A DNA stretch of 62,725 nt, filler included, from Globobulimina sp. (GCA_003354225.1; 30 parts of 30 records of this genome joined end to end with filler, not necessarily neighbours in it); one strand, 5' to 3'; shown: positions 1 through 12,575, counted from the whole stretch's first letter. The notes: a model not told the origin generated them from the letters alone. Numbers and translations are program-made.

Positions 1-327
1 TTCGTAGGTTCTTTACCATGTCGCAAATTACAAAATATATCACACATTAAATAATACAAATCTCCAAAAACTCCAAATATAAACATAATCAATTGAATCA
101 AATCCCACACCAAACCCTTAGAACAAGTATTTAATGGCATTGCTGACAGAATCGCGAATAGCAACCTAATAATCCCTTTTGGATTCATACAATCTCTCAC
201 AGGGACGCTTCAGCAATCTGTGAGTGTGGAATTTAATGAGACCAAAACTCCAAAAAAAACTTTTTCAATTCATCTTTATTTCCCGTCATTTAATCACCAC
301 ATACTGTGTTTCTTTACCCTTTACAAA

Positions 328-1933
328 ATGATAGCAACTCAAGTTGAGATTAAAGCAGATGAAAACACAGATTCAACAAAGAAAAACGTTGAAAAATCGA
401 TGAAAGAAAGTACGAGTGCTTTACCGTGGTGGCTTCAGCCAGAATTACTTGACGAAGATGAAAAAGAAGAAAAAAAATTAAATTCCTTGGAAGAATCATT
501 ACAAAAGAAAAGTGACATTTCTTTAGCTCCCGTTACTTTGAATTTTGTTGGTATTCGACCATCGAAATTACATTTACAAAACAAACAAATTTCAACAATA
601 TGCCTCAATAAAAACACCTCTGTTTCTTGTATCAAAATTAAATTTAATGCTTTAACATTACATGACAGTGTCCATAAATTAAAACAATTACTTTTCGCAC
701 AATTTGCTATCACACAAACACGACAATCCATATTAATTCATTATGGACACACCAAATTATCACTAGATGAGGAATTATTATATAATTACGGCATTACTGA
801 CAATTGTGTCTTATTATTAGCTATTTATGACAATCAGAAGACCGCACATAAAGATAATTTTATGTGTATATCAGCTCAGAACCCAACAGAAGAAGAAATA
901 TCTCGTTTGGGCAAAAACAGGAGAAGAAGAGATGCAGTGCGAAAACAGAGAGATATCGATGCTGTAAAACGCATATTACAACGAATTAATGATTTAAGAA
1001 ACGGAAAAAAACCGCAATTGCAAAAATCTGATGCAGCAATAAAACACATTGTAAAGTCCGATATTATAACCTTAAAAAAATTATTAGCAACGCATAAAAA
1101 TATGCCAATGGTGAAAGGTTTTGATATCATATCGCAAGAAACAAACGTCTGTTGCTTAAAATTACCAATTTGCGGACATTTGTTGGGTCCGCGGAGTTTA
1201 TATGAATATGGTTTAGCACAATTTATAAACAGGGAAGAAAAAGTAAAATGTCCACATACCATCAACACTGAAAATCATACATTATGTGATACGCAATGGG
1301 ATTATCCAGTAATTAAACAATGTTTAATGGCATGTACAAATACAACCGATTCAGCATCGGATTGTTACGATTTTAATAAATTAGAATTATTATCGGCGCG
1401 TAACAGCATTCAAATTAATTATGATTTGCAGAAATGTCCAGATTGTGCGACCTTATTTTATCGGAATGCGAGAGATAATAATTTTGAGTGTAAAATGCAG
1501 TGTCCGTTGTGTGTGGATTGTGTATTTTGTTGGGGCTGTAATGAGAAATGGTTAGATAATCATGAATGTGATACTTCATTCCGTGCTGCCACAATGCAGA
1601 TATTGTCGAGTTGTACAATGAAGAAAGTAGGCCCCGCCAAGCAGTGTCCATCGGTGCGTGCGTGCCCTAAATGCAATCAGTTAATAAATCATGTGTCGGC
1701 TTGTAAGCATATCAAATGTACGTTTTGTAAAACAAATTTTTGTTTTATTTGCTTGAAACCTATGCAGAATGGCAAATGGTACGTTGTTTCTTGTATTTTG
1801 TGTATATATTTTTGTATATGTTGTGTATAGGAAATGTGGAGGATACTCAGATTTATGTAGGGTTGGAAAAAGACAGAATTATTCATTATTACCCAAATTA
1901 AATAAATTGCAAGCGTCATTTGCAATGTTTTAA
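328..1933 (+). CDS. RBR (RING-IBR-RING) E3 ubiquitin ligase with N-terminal ubiquitin-like domain; intron 1779-1830
   Basis: Ubl-like 'VHKLKQLL...LYNYGITDNCVLLL'; CGH..C RING1; CPDC..CPLC..FCWGC..H.C IBR; 'RACPKCNQLINHVSACKHIKCTFCKTNFCFIC' RING2; GT..AG intron restores 'WKCGGYSDLCRVGKRQ'. Confidence 0.85.
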
Positions 1934-1996
1934 AGTTTATAAAGAATAAAAAAAAGAATGCAATTGACATTTAATTTGTATTTTTCCTTTTTTTTT

Positions 1997-2096
1997 NNNN
2001 NNNNNNNNNNNNNNNNNNNNNNNNNNNNNNNNNNNNNNNNTTAATTAATTAANNNNNNNNNNNNNNNNNNNNNNNNNNNNNNNNNNNNNNNNNNNN
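1997..2096. other. Artificial contig spacer N44-TTAATTAATTAA-N44 (first of 29, recurring about every 2,094 bp)
   Basis: Identical 100-nt block with stops in all six frames; flanking contig lengths fall steadily from 1996 to 1993 bp. Confidence 0.99.
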
Positions 2097-2379
2097 GATG
2101 ATCAATCGATTGATGACAAATCCATGGCTTTTGATCTTGCCATTGATGACAGAGTGTATACGAACCATTATTTGTAATATTTACGGTGAATGTTACCTTA
2201 CAACGTGCAAAATTACTGCCTCGCTCAATGGTTTTACTAACTGTATAATTATTGCTCCATTCTAACGCCTTGGAAAATAATGTAAAAACCTCTGTTGAAT
2301 TCAATTTCAAATTTGCTTTAAATTCAACACTACCATAAACTGCAAATAATAACAATGTGAATAAAATGATAAATTTCAT
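2097..2379 (-). CDS. Small secreted protein, possibly cystatin-like (3' partial)
   Basis: Clear signal peptide MKFIILFTLLLFAVYG; Cys pair and late 'PW' motif. Confidence 0.45.
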
Positions 2380-2782
2380 TAAATTTATTTAAGTTTCAAT
2401 GAAGTCGGAGATTTACTTATAAAGTTTATTATTTATGTCGAATTTGCGTGAAGAATGAAAAAATGTTGCGAGCAGTTCAGCTGTCAATTATCGTTTTTAT
2501 TTCTTCTAAAATAGCAATGATTTGTATGACATCTACCTCTAATTCTAATGTGAGCACATTTTGCTTTACCGGACATTTCCAATTATCATTATAATATCCA
2601 TTTTTTATGTTGCTCTCTGAAATATGTTTCTATTTCATAATCGGACTTGATGTATGGTGCACGCAATTGCAATGTAACTGCGATCAATAGTTTGCATCAC
2701 ATTTAATACAATTGACAAGAGTTTCAAAAACAAAAATGTTGATCACTTGGGTTTTTTTATTTTTGAAAATCCTTTGTTAACA

Positions 2783-3181
2783 ATGCCACGCGTTCATGGA
2801 CAAAAACTGAGGAAACATCAGAAATTCCTCAGAAAGTATGCACATGGATTTTGGGGACGACATGGAAAATGTTATCGCATCGGAAAAAATAAAGTAGTTC
2901 ATTCATGGTTGCATAGTGTAAGAGGTCGGATATATAGAAAAAGAGAAGCACGCCGTTTATGGAATTATCGGATTGGAGCGGCATCGGTTGAACATGACAT
3001 TGCTTATTCCCGTTTTATGGGTGCAATACGCAAAGATAATATTGGTTTAAATAGGAAAATGTTGGCTGATCTTGCATTGAATGAACCATATACTTTTAGG
3101 GAAATTGCAGAACATTCTAAACAATGTTGTATCAAATATTTTATTCCTCCATCACATTATTTCATTCACAAAAATTACTGA
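2783..3181 (+). CDS. MRPL20: Ribosomal protein bL20, probably nucleus-encoded mitochondrial
   Basis: 'MPRV..', 'AHGFWGR', 'RKREARRLWNYRIGAAS', 'YSRFM', 'LNRKMLADLALNEP.TF' are L20 signatures. Confidence 0.92.
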   Translation: MPRVHGQKLRKHQKFLRKYAHGFWGRHGKCYRIGKNKVVHSWLHSVRGRIYRKREARRLWNYRIGAASVEHDIAYSRFMGAIRKDNIGLNRKMLADLALNEPYTFREIAEHSKQCCIKYFIPPSHYFIHKNY

Positions 3182-3439
3182 AAACAAACTAAAAACTATC
3201 GAATTTTCAGGAAATTGTTTATTAACACTTTTATTTCTATTATGATTACATTCAATTCACAAATAACAATTTTTGTGTTAATGTATGGTGTCTAACAAAT
3301 CCATTCCATTGATATCATCTTTTTGGTTGACGTACATGCTAAATTTGTGTTTGATTTTTGATTTTTGACTGTTGAATGTATCAATGTAATTTCTGTTGTT
3401 TTATAAGATCATCTCACGGGAATTCAAAATCCGAAAAGC

Positions 3440-4092
3440 ATGGCAAACTTGAGCACAAAAAGTAAATTCAATGTAATCAACTATTTCAAAGAAGAGGGCA
3501 ATACTCATTTCAAGAAGAAAGAATATCATCAAAGCTTACAATTTTATCAACATTGTTTATCATTTTTAGACTCCATTCATTTTGATGAAATAGCACATAA
3601 CAAATACAATGACGATGAAAAGGAAAAGCAAACCCATTTACGAACCACAACGTCACTGATTTTATCCAATTTGTCTGAGACACATTTACGAATTAATGCA
3701 ACAAATCCGGATTTATATTCTCATTTACTCTCCGCACTAAATTGTGCACAAATATCATTGCAATTAAATCCAGCAAATATTAAATCCAATGTACGGCGCA
3801 TTATAACGTTGCATCGTTTAGGTTTATTTGAATTCGCTCAGCAAATCATTGACAAAGTTATAAAGAAACATGCTTTAACATCCGTGGCTAATATGGCATC
3901 AATCAATAAGGAAAAGAAAAAAATTGAAAATCAAAGTGTTAAATATCATATTGACAGATTTAAACATGAATTATTAACAAACGATGGAACAATCACTGAC
4001 AAAGAACAAGATATCGACATTGAAAAGAATATATTTTTAAGAATCGCAGCGGCAGAATTAATCCGACAAAATAAATATGATTTTGATGACTT
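3440..4092 (+). CDS. TPR-repeat protein (3' partial)
   Basis: 'KEEGNTHFKKKEYHQSLQFY', 'ILSNLSETHL', 'LQLNPANIKS..R' TPR consensus. Confidence 0.85.
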
Positions 4093-4610
4093 NNNNNNNN
4101 NNNNNNNNNNNNNNNNNNNNNNNNNNNNNNNNNNNNTTAATTAATTAANNNNNNNNNNNNNNNNNNNNNNNNNNNNNNNNNNNNNNNNNNNNCAACTCCT
4201 TTACAATCCTTTAAGAAAAAAAGTTTGAAGTTGTTACAATTTGTTGCAATTGCGATGGGACCTAGGACCTAGGGTCAAATTTTAATTACGTAATTTAACA
4301 ACATTCCCTTACGCTCCGTGGGAACCGTGCTAAAAAATGAGGTATAGCATGGTTGCAACTGTGATTTTATTTTATGTACTGAACTTTTTGTTGCCACCCG
4401 ATTCACTCTGTGCGTTTTAATTAAAATCCATGTTGTTCTATTTACGTCTTGCAATATTCTATCCTCTCAAGTAAGCACAAAACAAACATAATCAAATTAA
4501 AACAAATAACCATAAATAACAAAAATAAATAAGAAAAAAGGTAAAATATAATAATGATATACAAGTCTGTCAAAGCACATATTTACGAAAGCATTTGATG
4601 TCAAAATAAT

Positions 4611-6143
4611 TTAATCAGAAGAAGATGAGCTTGAACTTGAGCTTGATGAACTTGAACTTGATGAACTTGAGCTTGATGAACTTGAGCTGGATGAACTTGA
4701 ACTGGATGAACTTGAACTTGAGCTTGATGATGAATGATATTGATGATAATCACTCCACCAAACACGTGTTTTTTCCGATGTTGTTCGTGATCTCCACCAA
4801 TTTCCCCGTGTTGGATGTCTTGTTTTTTGTGTCCACCAGTCCCACTGTTTAATTTTTGGCTCTTTTGTTGGAAAAGAGGTTGGTTCTCGTGTTGGTTTCA
4901 TGGTAGGTTCATTACAAATTTCTTGACGTATATTATTACATTTTAATTGTCCTTGTTCTGATTCAAATTCATTTGAACTGATGGTATTAAAGGAAAAGAT
5001 TTTGGATAAATCTTGCACTAAACATTCATTTGAATATTGTTCAATGTCAATATTTTCTTCGTTAATACCAATATTTACTACAATTACATCAATACTATTA
5101 TCTATGATTGGTTGTAATGAACAAACCGAATTATGATTGGTTGGCAAAAATTCTTCTTTGCAATTTGAAAATAACACAATTTTTTTATTTCTATCATTAA
5201 ATTCAAGCAATGCCCGTTCTAAACATTTTTTTTTTGGTGATGGTAATATTAATGAATCAGAATGTGTTCCACACATTGTGTTTGCTTCAATTTCTTGCAA
5301 TAATGATCTCATTGTGGCTGCATTTGGTGGATTCAATGGATTATTATACAATGATGAATCCAACGCAATCATTACAGATTCATTATGGTGTACAATGTGG
5401 CCATTACAATTTAGTAAACTGAAACGTGGATTGGCAGTAGATTTTATTTTCTTTACCATATCGGATATTAACTTATTTTGAGCAACACATTGATTTGGTG
5501 ATAATCCACAACCACTATCCACTATAAATATTACATCTAATTCAAAATCTATAGGACATGAACTGTGTATTGGTGCTAACGATGGCTCTGTGTTGTGTTT
5601 TGTGAGCATTATGTCAATATATACGTACAAAACATAAAAATTAACATAAATCACGGCTATTATATAACAAATTACCTGTTGTGGGAATATATGTTGGTTG
5701 ATAGGTTGATGATTTTATCGGTTTGTTGGTTGGGAAATCCGTTGGTTCACTTGTTGGATTATCAGTAGGTGATAACGATGTGGCTTTTTTTTTTAATTAA
5801 AATCATATAAATAATGTGTCATGCAACAGAATAATAAATATTATTTAACTCGATGTAGGGATATTTGTAGGAACAAGTGTCAGATCTAAATATAGTAATT
5901 TCTGCAATTATTACTGCTATGGATTAGTTATCAAAAACATTACCTTGCGTCGGTTCCGCGCTTGGAACATTTGTTGGTTTGTTTGTCGGACTGTTGCTTG
6001 GATTATTTGTTGGATCTGTAATATTAGAAAATATTTATTAAATTTTTCACAAAAAAATGAAAAAAAATGTTTGTTTTAACCCTCTGTTGGTTGCTTTGTA
6101 GGATCATTGCTTGGAAAATCGGTTGGATCGTGGGTTGGATCTA
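4611..6143 (-). CDS. Multi-exon extracellular protein: PTxxPT repeats, vWA-like domain and C-terminal poly-Ser (5' partial; exon limits approximate)
   Basis: 'LDVIFIVDSG', 'KKIVLFSN', 'IDVIVVNIG' vWA strands; several short PT-repeat exons separated by GT-AG introns at 5610-6143. Confidence 0.7.
4615..4735 (-). repeat. Poly-serine coding microsatellite (TCA/AGT/AGC codons)
   Basis: Tandem GAACTT/GAGCTT/GAT units on the plus strand. Confidence 0.95.
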
Positions 6144-6288
6144 TTATTTATTTTCATGTAATAAAAAATTTAATATGTAATGTAATTANNNNNNNNNNNN
6201 NNNNNNNNNNNNNNNNNNNNNNNNNNNNNNNNTTAATTAATTAANNNNNNNNNNNNNNNNNNNNNNNNNNNNNNNNNNNNNNNNNNNN

Positions 6289-8283
6289 AAAGTCTTGGGA
6301 TAATGCTTTAATTTCATTGTTTGTTTCACAATATTTAGATGCTATGATTAGAGAGTTTTTATTGAGATTTATAAAATTATTGGGATGTTTTTTATTTGGT
6401 TTTCGATATTGATGGGATTTAATTGTCTGTTTATATTTATGTAAGGATTTATATGTTTTATTTAATGGATGATACGAATTATTATAATAAACTCTGGCCA
6501 ATTGTCTCATTGTTAAATAGTGAGCCCTGAATTTAATTGGTTCAATTTTTAGAATAAATTGGATGACATCCATTGGTGAATCTAATCGACATGGAATTGC
6601 TAATCGGAGGAATTTATTTTGGAGGATTTTTAGCACATTTTTGGAGTCATAGGGGAAATAATGGGGGAGTCCATATTCTATCCTTGAGCGCGCTAAGGAT
6701 TTATACAGGATTGCTATTGAATGGGGAGTTAATTTTATGCCTGATTTCATGGTAAAGAACAGCCTCCAATAACTGCGCATGGTTTTTGCTTTAATTTTAG
6801 CAAAATGAGCGTGGAAATTAAGGCGTTCATCAAACCAAAGTCCCAGATATCTAGCGGATTTTTCATATTTTATTGGCGTTGAATGTATACAGTATTTGCT
6901 TATCTGGCTTCTTTTGTTTGTGATTGGATCGATTTTATTTTTATATTTTGGATAGATTTTGATGGGATTGCTGTGGGAGAAGTTTATTGAAAGGCATTTA
7001 GATGGATTTATCATTAATTGCCATTTCTCGCACCAATCACCAAAATTATTCAACTCTTTTTGGAGGAATTTATATCGGAGCGGGTCTTTTGAACCAGGGC
7101 TCGTCCAAAAAGCAGTATCATCTGCAAAGCATGCAAAGTGGACAAAATTTGGGTATTTAATTTGGAAATCATTGGTAAATAGGATATAGAGGATAGGCGA
7201 CAGAGCAGATCCTTGCGGAACTCCAATTGGTTGAGCAACCCAATTGGATTCGGATTTTTTTGCAATGACTTTTGTATATCGAGTTTGAATAAATGATGCT
7301 AGGACATTTAGGATATTTCCTTTTATGTTATTTTTAATTAATTTATATAATAATCCATTATGCCATACGCTGTCATACGCTTTGGCGAAATCCGTGAAAA
7401 CAACGTCAGTGTCACTGACCATATCAAAAGAAGTTTGTATGTCAGTTATAAAAGTTGTTAACACATCGTCACAACAGCGATTTATTTGGAAACCACATTG
7501 GTGGTTATCAAATATCTTGTTTGTCACACAAAAATGTTGGAGTCTATTTGCTAAAACTTTTTCAAAAACCCTACCTAAGCACGAAGAAACTGCAATGGGT
7601 CTGTAGTTCTTTGGATTGCTGTGGTCTTTTTTAGGTTTTGGGATTGGTAATAGGTGGGAGAAATTCCAGTAATTCGGGAATACTCCATTCGTCATACATT
7701 TATTAAATAAGGGGATGAGGCAGTCAATAAGTGGTTCACCTCCATGTTTTATCATTTGGTTATGGATTCTATCGGGTCCATACGCTTTATGTGTATCTAG
7801 ATTTTTTATTACTGATCGGATTTCATATTTAAGTATAGGGTCATTTAATATTTTATATTCATTATTTGGTATTGGTATATTTGTATTAATTTGTGAGGGA
7901 TCATTGATTTCAGAGTTATTATTTTGTTTTATTTTGTCATTTTTAATATTATGCATATCATTCACATCATTTATTGGCGACTCTCTATGTTTTTTAAGGT
8001 ATTTGGGGACAAAAGAATCAACATATTTATGCCATTTATTATGCGTAGGACTAGCTTTTGGTTTTGGTGGTCTTGTCATGGCCTCTTGCAATGCCTTTGC
8101 TTGTTGGTGTGGGTCAATTATATTGGTTTTATTTTTGAAGTTTAGTGGGGGAATATTATTAGTATTGATATCATTTGTTTTATTATTCGAGATGGTACGC
8201 CAGAAACGGCGGCCATAGTCCTTGCAAGTTTGTATGTATTTATTTATTCGGGCATTATATTTGGATTTGGCAGATTGTATTGC
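6289..8283 (-). mobile_element. Non-LTR (LINE) retrotransposon ORF2, reverse transcriptase region; frame open across the whole contig
   Basis: 'KAYGPDRI', 'PKNYRPIAVSSCLGRVFEK', 'QCGF', 'DFAKAYDSV', 'GVPQGSALSP', 'FADD', 'RYLG' RT motifs. Confidence 0.96.
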
Positions 8284-8557
8284 TNNNNNNNNNNNNNNNN
8301 NNNNNNNNNNNNNNNNNNNNNNNNNNNNTTAATTAATTAANNNNNNNNNNNNNNNNNNNNNNNNNNNNNNNNNNNNNNNNNNNNAAGAACATTTGCATGG
8401 CGGACTTTCCATTTGTCGCAATCGGATTTGATATATATATGTAATGAAGAATCGAAAGTGGTATTTTGTTTTGAAAGTGGTATGTAATGAAGAATAGAAA
8501 GACGACATTCAATTAATTTTGGATCATTAAAAAGATGGAATAGTGAATTATCATTTG

Positions 8558-9370
8558 TTAATACTCAAAAATATTTTCATCCAATTTAGTTCCATAATAT
8601 TCTATTGGTATTTTAGCAATTTTCATTTGTGTATTAGTCGTATTACCGCTAAAATAATTTCCTTCGACACGATATGAATTACAAAAAACAAAATATAGAA
8701 TCCATTTATTATTCTTTCGTAAGTTATCCAATGTAATCTCGTGTTGATTATGAAATAGTTTGTAAAATGAGACAAACAGATTACGTAAATCTAAATAGAT
8801 ATCCATTTCCAACTCCTCCTCTTCAAACATGGTTGAATTTGTAGGCGCACTTCTTATTTTTGAGCAAGTCGCGGCATTCCCAGTATAACGCCGATTGCAA
8901 TTAGTGAATCCTGCAATATTTGCATCAATCAACGGGAAGTCACCAAATTCGGTCGTTGGATTTCCACAATATACGGCAAAAAATATCAACTCTTTATTTG
9001 GGTTCGCTATTTTTAAGCGGAAACAATGGATTCCTTCATCCACTGCCTCCATATCAACGAAGATACAGCGATATCTTACAAATGGGGCGCCGTCCTGCTC
9101 ATAACGTGTGAGGCATTTATTATTTTCAGTTAAATTAAATCCATGTTTTGACCGATGCTCAGTACTCCATTTTAATATTTCAATGCATTCATAATAGAAT
9201 TTGAAGCATTCAATGATCAAATTATCCGGAATATATAGGTTCACTCTGCGAATATAGCCATACAAAATCAACTCTTGACATAGCTTCCTTGGCAAATGGC
9301 ACTTTTCCGAGGTAGTGGCAGTTTTTATGGATTTATCGTTTGTTGCTTGTTTAGTGCTTTCTGTGCCCAT
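8558..9370 (-). CDS. SPRY/B30.2-like beta-sandwich protein of a lineage-expanded family
   Basis: N-terminal 'LYGYIR...IPDNLIIECFKFY' helix motif; 'EGIHCFRLKI', 'MDIYLDL' SPRY-like strands. Confidence 0.55.
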   Translation of the reverse strand: MGTESTKQATNDKSIKTATTSEKCHLPRKLCQELILYGYIRRVNLYIPDNLIIECFKFYYECIEILKWSTEHRSKHGFNLTENNKCLTRYEQDGAPFVRYRCIFVDMEAVDEGIHCFRLKIANPNKELIFFAVYCGNPTTEFGDFPLIDANIAGFTNCNRRYTGNAATCSKIRSAPTNSTMFEEEELEMDIYLDLRNLFVSFYKLFHNQHEITLDNLRKNNKWILYFVFCNSYRVEGNYFSGNTTNTQMKIAKIPIEYYGTKLDENIFEY

Positions 9371-9498
9371 TCCAAGACTAAACGTTTTGTGCACGAAAAA
9401 GTTTCTGAACTCCGGCCAATATAACGACAGAATGGTTTTCAGTGTTTGGAATCACATTTGTTTGAAATATCATGTTGCTGTTCAATTGCCAATTGATA

Positions 9499-10338
9499 TT
9501 ACAACAACAACTCGAACTCAGATTGAACCATCGTTGCCATACATAATTTCCACTTCAAGTCCGTGTTGATAGTATCAAACGCAGTTCCAAAATGTTTATC
9601 ATTTATCATAAATGTGAGTGTTCCTTGATTACGTTTGACCAAATTCAATGTGATTGATATTATATCACCATTTTTAATTGCAAAATGGTCCATATTTTCA
9701 ATGTATTGTTTACTGATATGTTTATTGGTATATTTACCGTTGCAAATATTCAACACATATCCATGACTTGTAACGTCAATATTTTTTATCTTTGTTTTAT
9801 TGCTTGGCATTATTCCAAATAACGGTCCATCCATCACTACTAAACTTGTATTTACTTCATCTTTTTTAATATTTCGATACCAATAATCTGAAAAGCCTCT
9901 AAATTCATCATCATAATCATTGTTTCGATTCGATAATTTGATAATTTTTATTCTCCAAACTCTGTGATCGTATCTCTCGATGATTTTTGTGCCAAATGCA
10001 TTGGACCATTTTGACTTTGCATAGCTCCATATTTTCTCTATCATTTTATTATTGACCCTATAATTTACTGATGCCGTAGCTGCGTCCCATTGGTCAAATT
10101 CTATCCTATAATATGATTGACACAACGACATAATTTCCGGTGGCACAATGAAATCTGAGGCAATGCGGCAATAGCCACAAATTAAGAGTTTAAATTCCGA
10201 CGCAACAACATCCTCTGAACCTTTGTATAGTTTGCCATTGGTGAATATCGAAGTGCCGCACTCGCGATCAGCATCTGGATGCACTATGATCGTTTTAAGC
10301 CCTGAAGGGGCTGAGTAGTCTTGTATGCGAGTTTCCAT
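9499..10338 (-). CDS. SPRY/B30.2-like protein, paralogue of the neighbouring gene
   Basis: 'LICGYCR...VPPEIMSLCQSYY'; 'VWRIKI', 'KNGDIISITLNL...GTLTFMINDKHFGTAF'. Confidence 0.65.
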   Translation of the reverse strand: METRIQDYSAPSGLKTIIVHPDADRECGTSIFTNGKLYKGSEDVVASEFKLLICGYCRIASDFIVPPEIMSLCQSYYRIEFDQWDAATASVNYRVNNKMIEKIWSYAKSKWSNAFGTKIIERYDHRVWRIKIIKLSNRNNDYDDEFRGFSDYWYRNIKKDEVNTSLVVMDGPLFGIMPSNKTKIKNIDVTSHGYVLNICNGKYTNKHISKQYIENMDHFAIKNGDIISITLNLVKRNQGTLTFMINDKHFGTAFDTINTDLKWKLCMATMVQSEFELLL

Positions 10339-10480
10339 TTTCACTTCAAACACTCTTCACGGTTTTCACGCTTGTATTATNNNNNNNNNNNNNNNNNNNN
10401 NNNNNNNNNNNNNNNNNNNNNNNNTTAATTAATTAANNNNNNNNNNNNNNNNNNNNNNNNNNNNNNNNNNNNNNNNNNNN

Positions 10481-10641
10481 TAGATTCTTAATATAAATTG
10501 CAAACGTTGTACACAATAACTTTTATTATTTACGTTGCTTTCATCAAATAATGGATGGATATCTTTATAATCCTCCATATCTACACCCAATTCAATTAGA
10601 TCTTTGTGTAATGCGTATGGTAATTGCTTTGATTCATTCAT
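10481..10641 (-). CDS. 5' fragment of a hypothetical protein
   Basis: ATG-led ORF running into the contig end; 'CVQRLQFIL' resembles the start of the Cys/His family at 43477 and 59770. Confidence 0.4.
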
Positions 10642-10854
10642 TGTTTTTGGTTTAGCTGCTCACTGACTAGAGATGTGACTACTAAAGAAACGCTCTAAAA
10701 AAACATAGCATCCTCCAACAACTCATTCAATGAGATAAAAAAAAGAGAATGCCAAATTAATCAATTAATAACAGTTTACTATAAAAAAAAAGCAGTTCTA
10801 AATATTATGATACACAAAGTATGAAAGTACACATGAAAAATATCGACTACACTA

Positions 10855-12474
10855 CTATTTTTTTTTCCTTCTCGATCTTAATTTATTCATCAAAGCGCTG
10901 CTATCCTGTCTCATTAACGCAGCCAACATTTGATCCGATTTATTGCCATTGAACACCGTCGGTTGCTTTGCTCGCCTCCCCGTAGGACCAGGCGGTGGCG
11001 GCGGTTTCTGCAGATTATGCCTCTCCTTTTCTTCATCCACACTCTCATTCTCATTCACCGGTGGCGGCAAACCACCGCCTAATCCCATCCCAATGCCACT
11101 GTTCCGTTTCCCTGATTTATTCAAACTGTTTCTTTTCTTACTTTTGTTAGCTTTCCGTAGTTCCCTTTTCCTTTTCTCCTCGTCGCGTTTCAGCCTTTCT
11201 TCGCATTGCTTGATAGTGAAAATAAACTGTTTCCGAAACTCGTTCAATGTTTTCAAAAACTGCCCCGTTCGGTCATTCTTCTCATTCAAATACGTCGCTA
11301 AGCCCTGCAAATCCTTCATTAATTCCTCATGTTTGGCCTTCAGTTTTTTATACTGTTTATCCGCGGTCACATGAAATGGCTTCATGACCGTTGCAAACTT
11401 ATCGCCGGCAATGGTCGACGTGCCGGCGTCGGCAGCCTTGCATCTATTGTTTATAATATTTAGTTTGACGCCGATCTGCGAGATGGAAGCTCGCAAAGTG
11501 GGCACATCGACGCTGATGGCGGCGTCCAACGGCGCCCATTCCGCCACAAAGCCCAACAATTTCGCATTCGTTTTCTGTAAATACAGATACAAATATTCCA
11601 TCAATGTCACCTTGTTATCCGTGGAGCGACTGCGAGTTAATTGGGACAGCGATTTCAGTTTAAAGCCGTGAGCGCAGCCTTTGCGCGTCCCGCCATTCAT
11701 AAAATTGCCAAATGCCAAGATCGTACTAAATAACTCCCGCAATGACTGCGAGCGCTGTATGCATTCGCGCGCATTGTACAGCGCATAAACTTTGCCCTGC
11801 TCCACACCGAAAATCTTGTCGAAGTTCATTTTGAACGCCCACAATTCCAGCCGCTGCGGCAGGTTTTTGTCGATGTTCTTGATTGTATAGAAAAACTTCT
11901 CTGCCTTGGCCAAGTTTTTCTCATCGCCGGGGTCCAGATCCGCGAACATTTGCGTCTCCTCCGGAGTGGGCACGAAGTTTTGGAGCTTGCTCACCTGTTC
12001 GGCATCGAACTTGGTCTCTTCGTCCATGTTCAACAACATGTCCTTACACGTAAACGGGTCCATTCGTAAGCGGCCTAAATAGATCTCGACGTTATACGAC
12101 CGCTTACCGTCCAAAATGTGTATCAATTCGACTGCGGCTTTCTTCTTCCTTCCAACCGCAGACTTATGTACTTTTTTGGCGATGATTTTCTGTCCGAACA
12201 TTTCTTCCAACTCCTTGCGGTCGATTTTGATCTTCCCGTCGTCCACTTCCTTCCATATACTCTTTTCAATGCTGAACGGGTCGACCGTGGTCCACTGCAA
12301 GTTCTTCATTTTGCGGCTGGGCTTAATCGCGGTTTTCCGCTTCAGATTGTCCGGCCACTTCGGCTTTGCTTTAACTTTCGGAGCCGTAGGACCCGCGGTC
12401 GATGCTGTACCGCCGCCGGAGCCCTCACCTAAAAATCTCGCGATTAAGCCACTGTCAATGCAATCCTGTTTCAT
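10855..12474 (-). CDS. Formin (FH2 domain), 5' partial
   Basis: 'MKNLQW', 'SIW', 'ILDGKRSYNVEI.L', 'ILAFGNFMNGGTRKGCAHGFKLKSLSQL', 'TLMEYL'. Confidence 0.95.
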   Translation of the reverse strand: MKQDCIDSGLIARFLGEGSGGGTASTAGPTAPKVKAKPKWPDNLKRKTAIKPSRKMKNLQWTTVDPFSIEKSIWKEVDDGKIKIDRKELEEMFGQKIIAKKVHKSAVGRKKKAAVELIHILDGKRSYNVEIYLGRLRMDPFTCKDMLLNMDEETKFDAEQVSKLQNFVPTPEETQMFADLDPGDEKNLAKAEKFFYTIKNIDKNLPQRLELWAFKMNFDKIFGVEQGKVYALYNARECIQRSQSLRELFSTILAFGNFMNGGTRKGCAHGFKLKSLSQLTRSRSTDNKVTLMEYLYLYLQKTNAKLLGFVAEWAPLDAAISVDVPTLRASISQIGVKLNIINNRCKAADAGTSTIAGDKFATVMKPFHVTADKQYKKLKAKHEELMKDLQGLATYLNEKNDRTGQFLKTLNEFRKQFIFTIKQCEERLKRDEEKRKRELRKANKSKKRNSLNKSGKRNSGIGMGLGGGLPPPVNENESVDEEKERHNLQKPPPPPGPTGRRAKQPTVFNGNKSDQMLAALMRQDSSALMNKLRSRRKKK

Positions 12475-12575
12475 CNNNNNNNNNNNNNNNNNNNNNNNNN
12501 NNNNNNNNNNNNNNNNNNNTTAATTAATTAANNNNNNNNNNNNNNNNNNNNNNNNNNNNNNNNNNNNNNNNNNNN

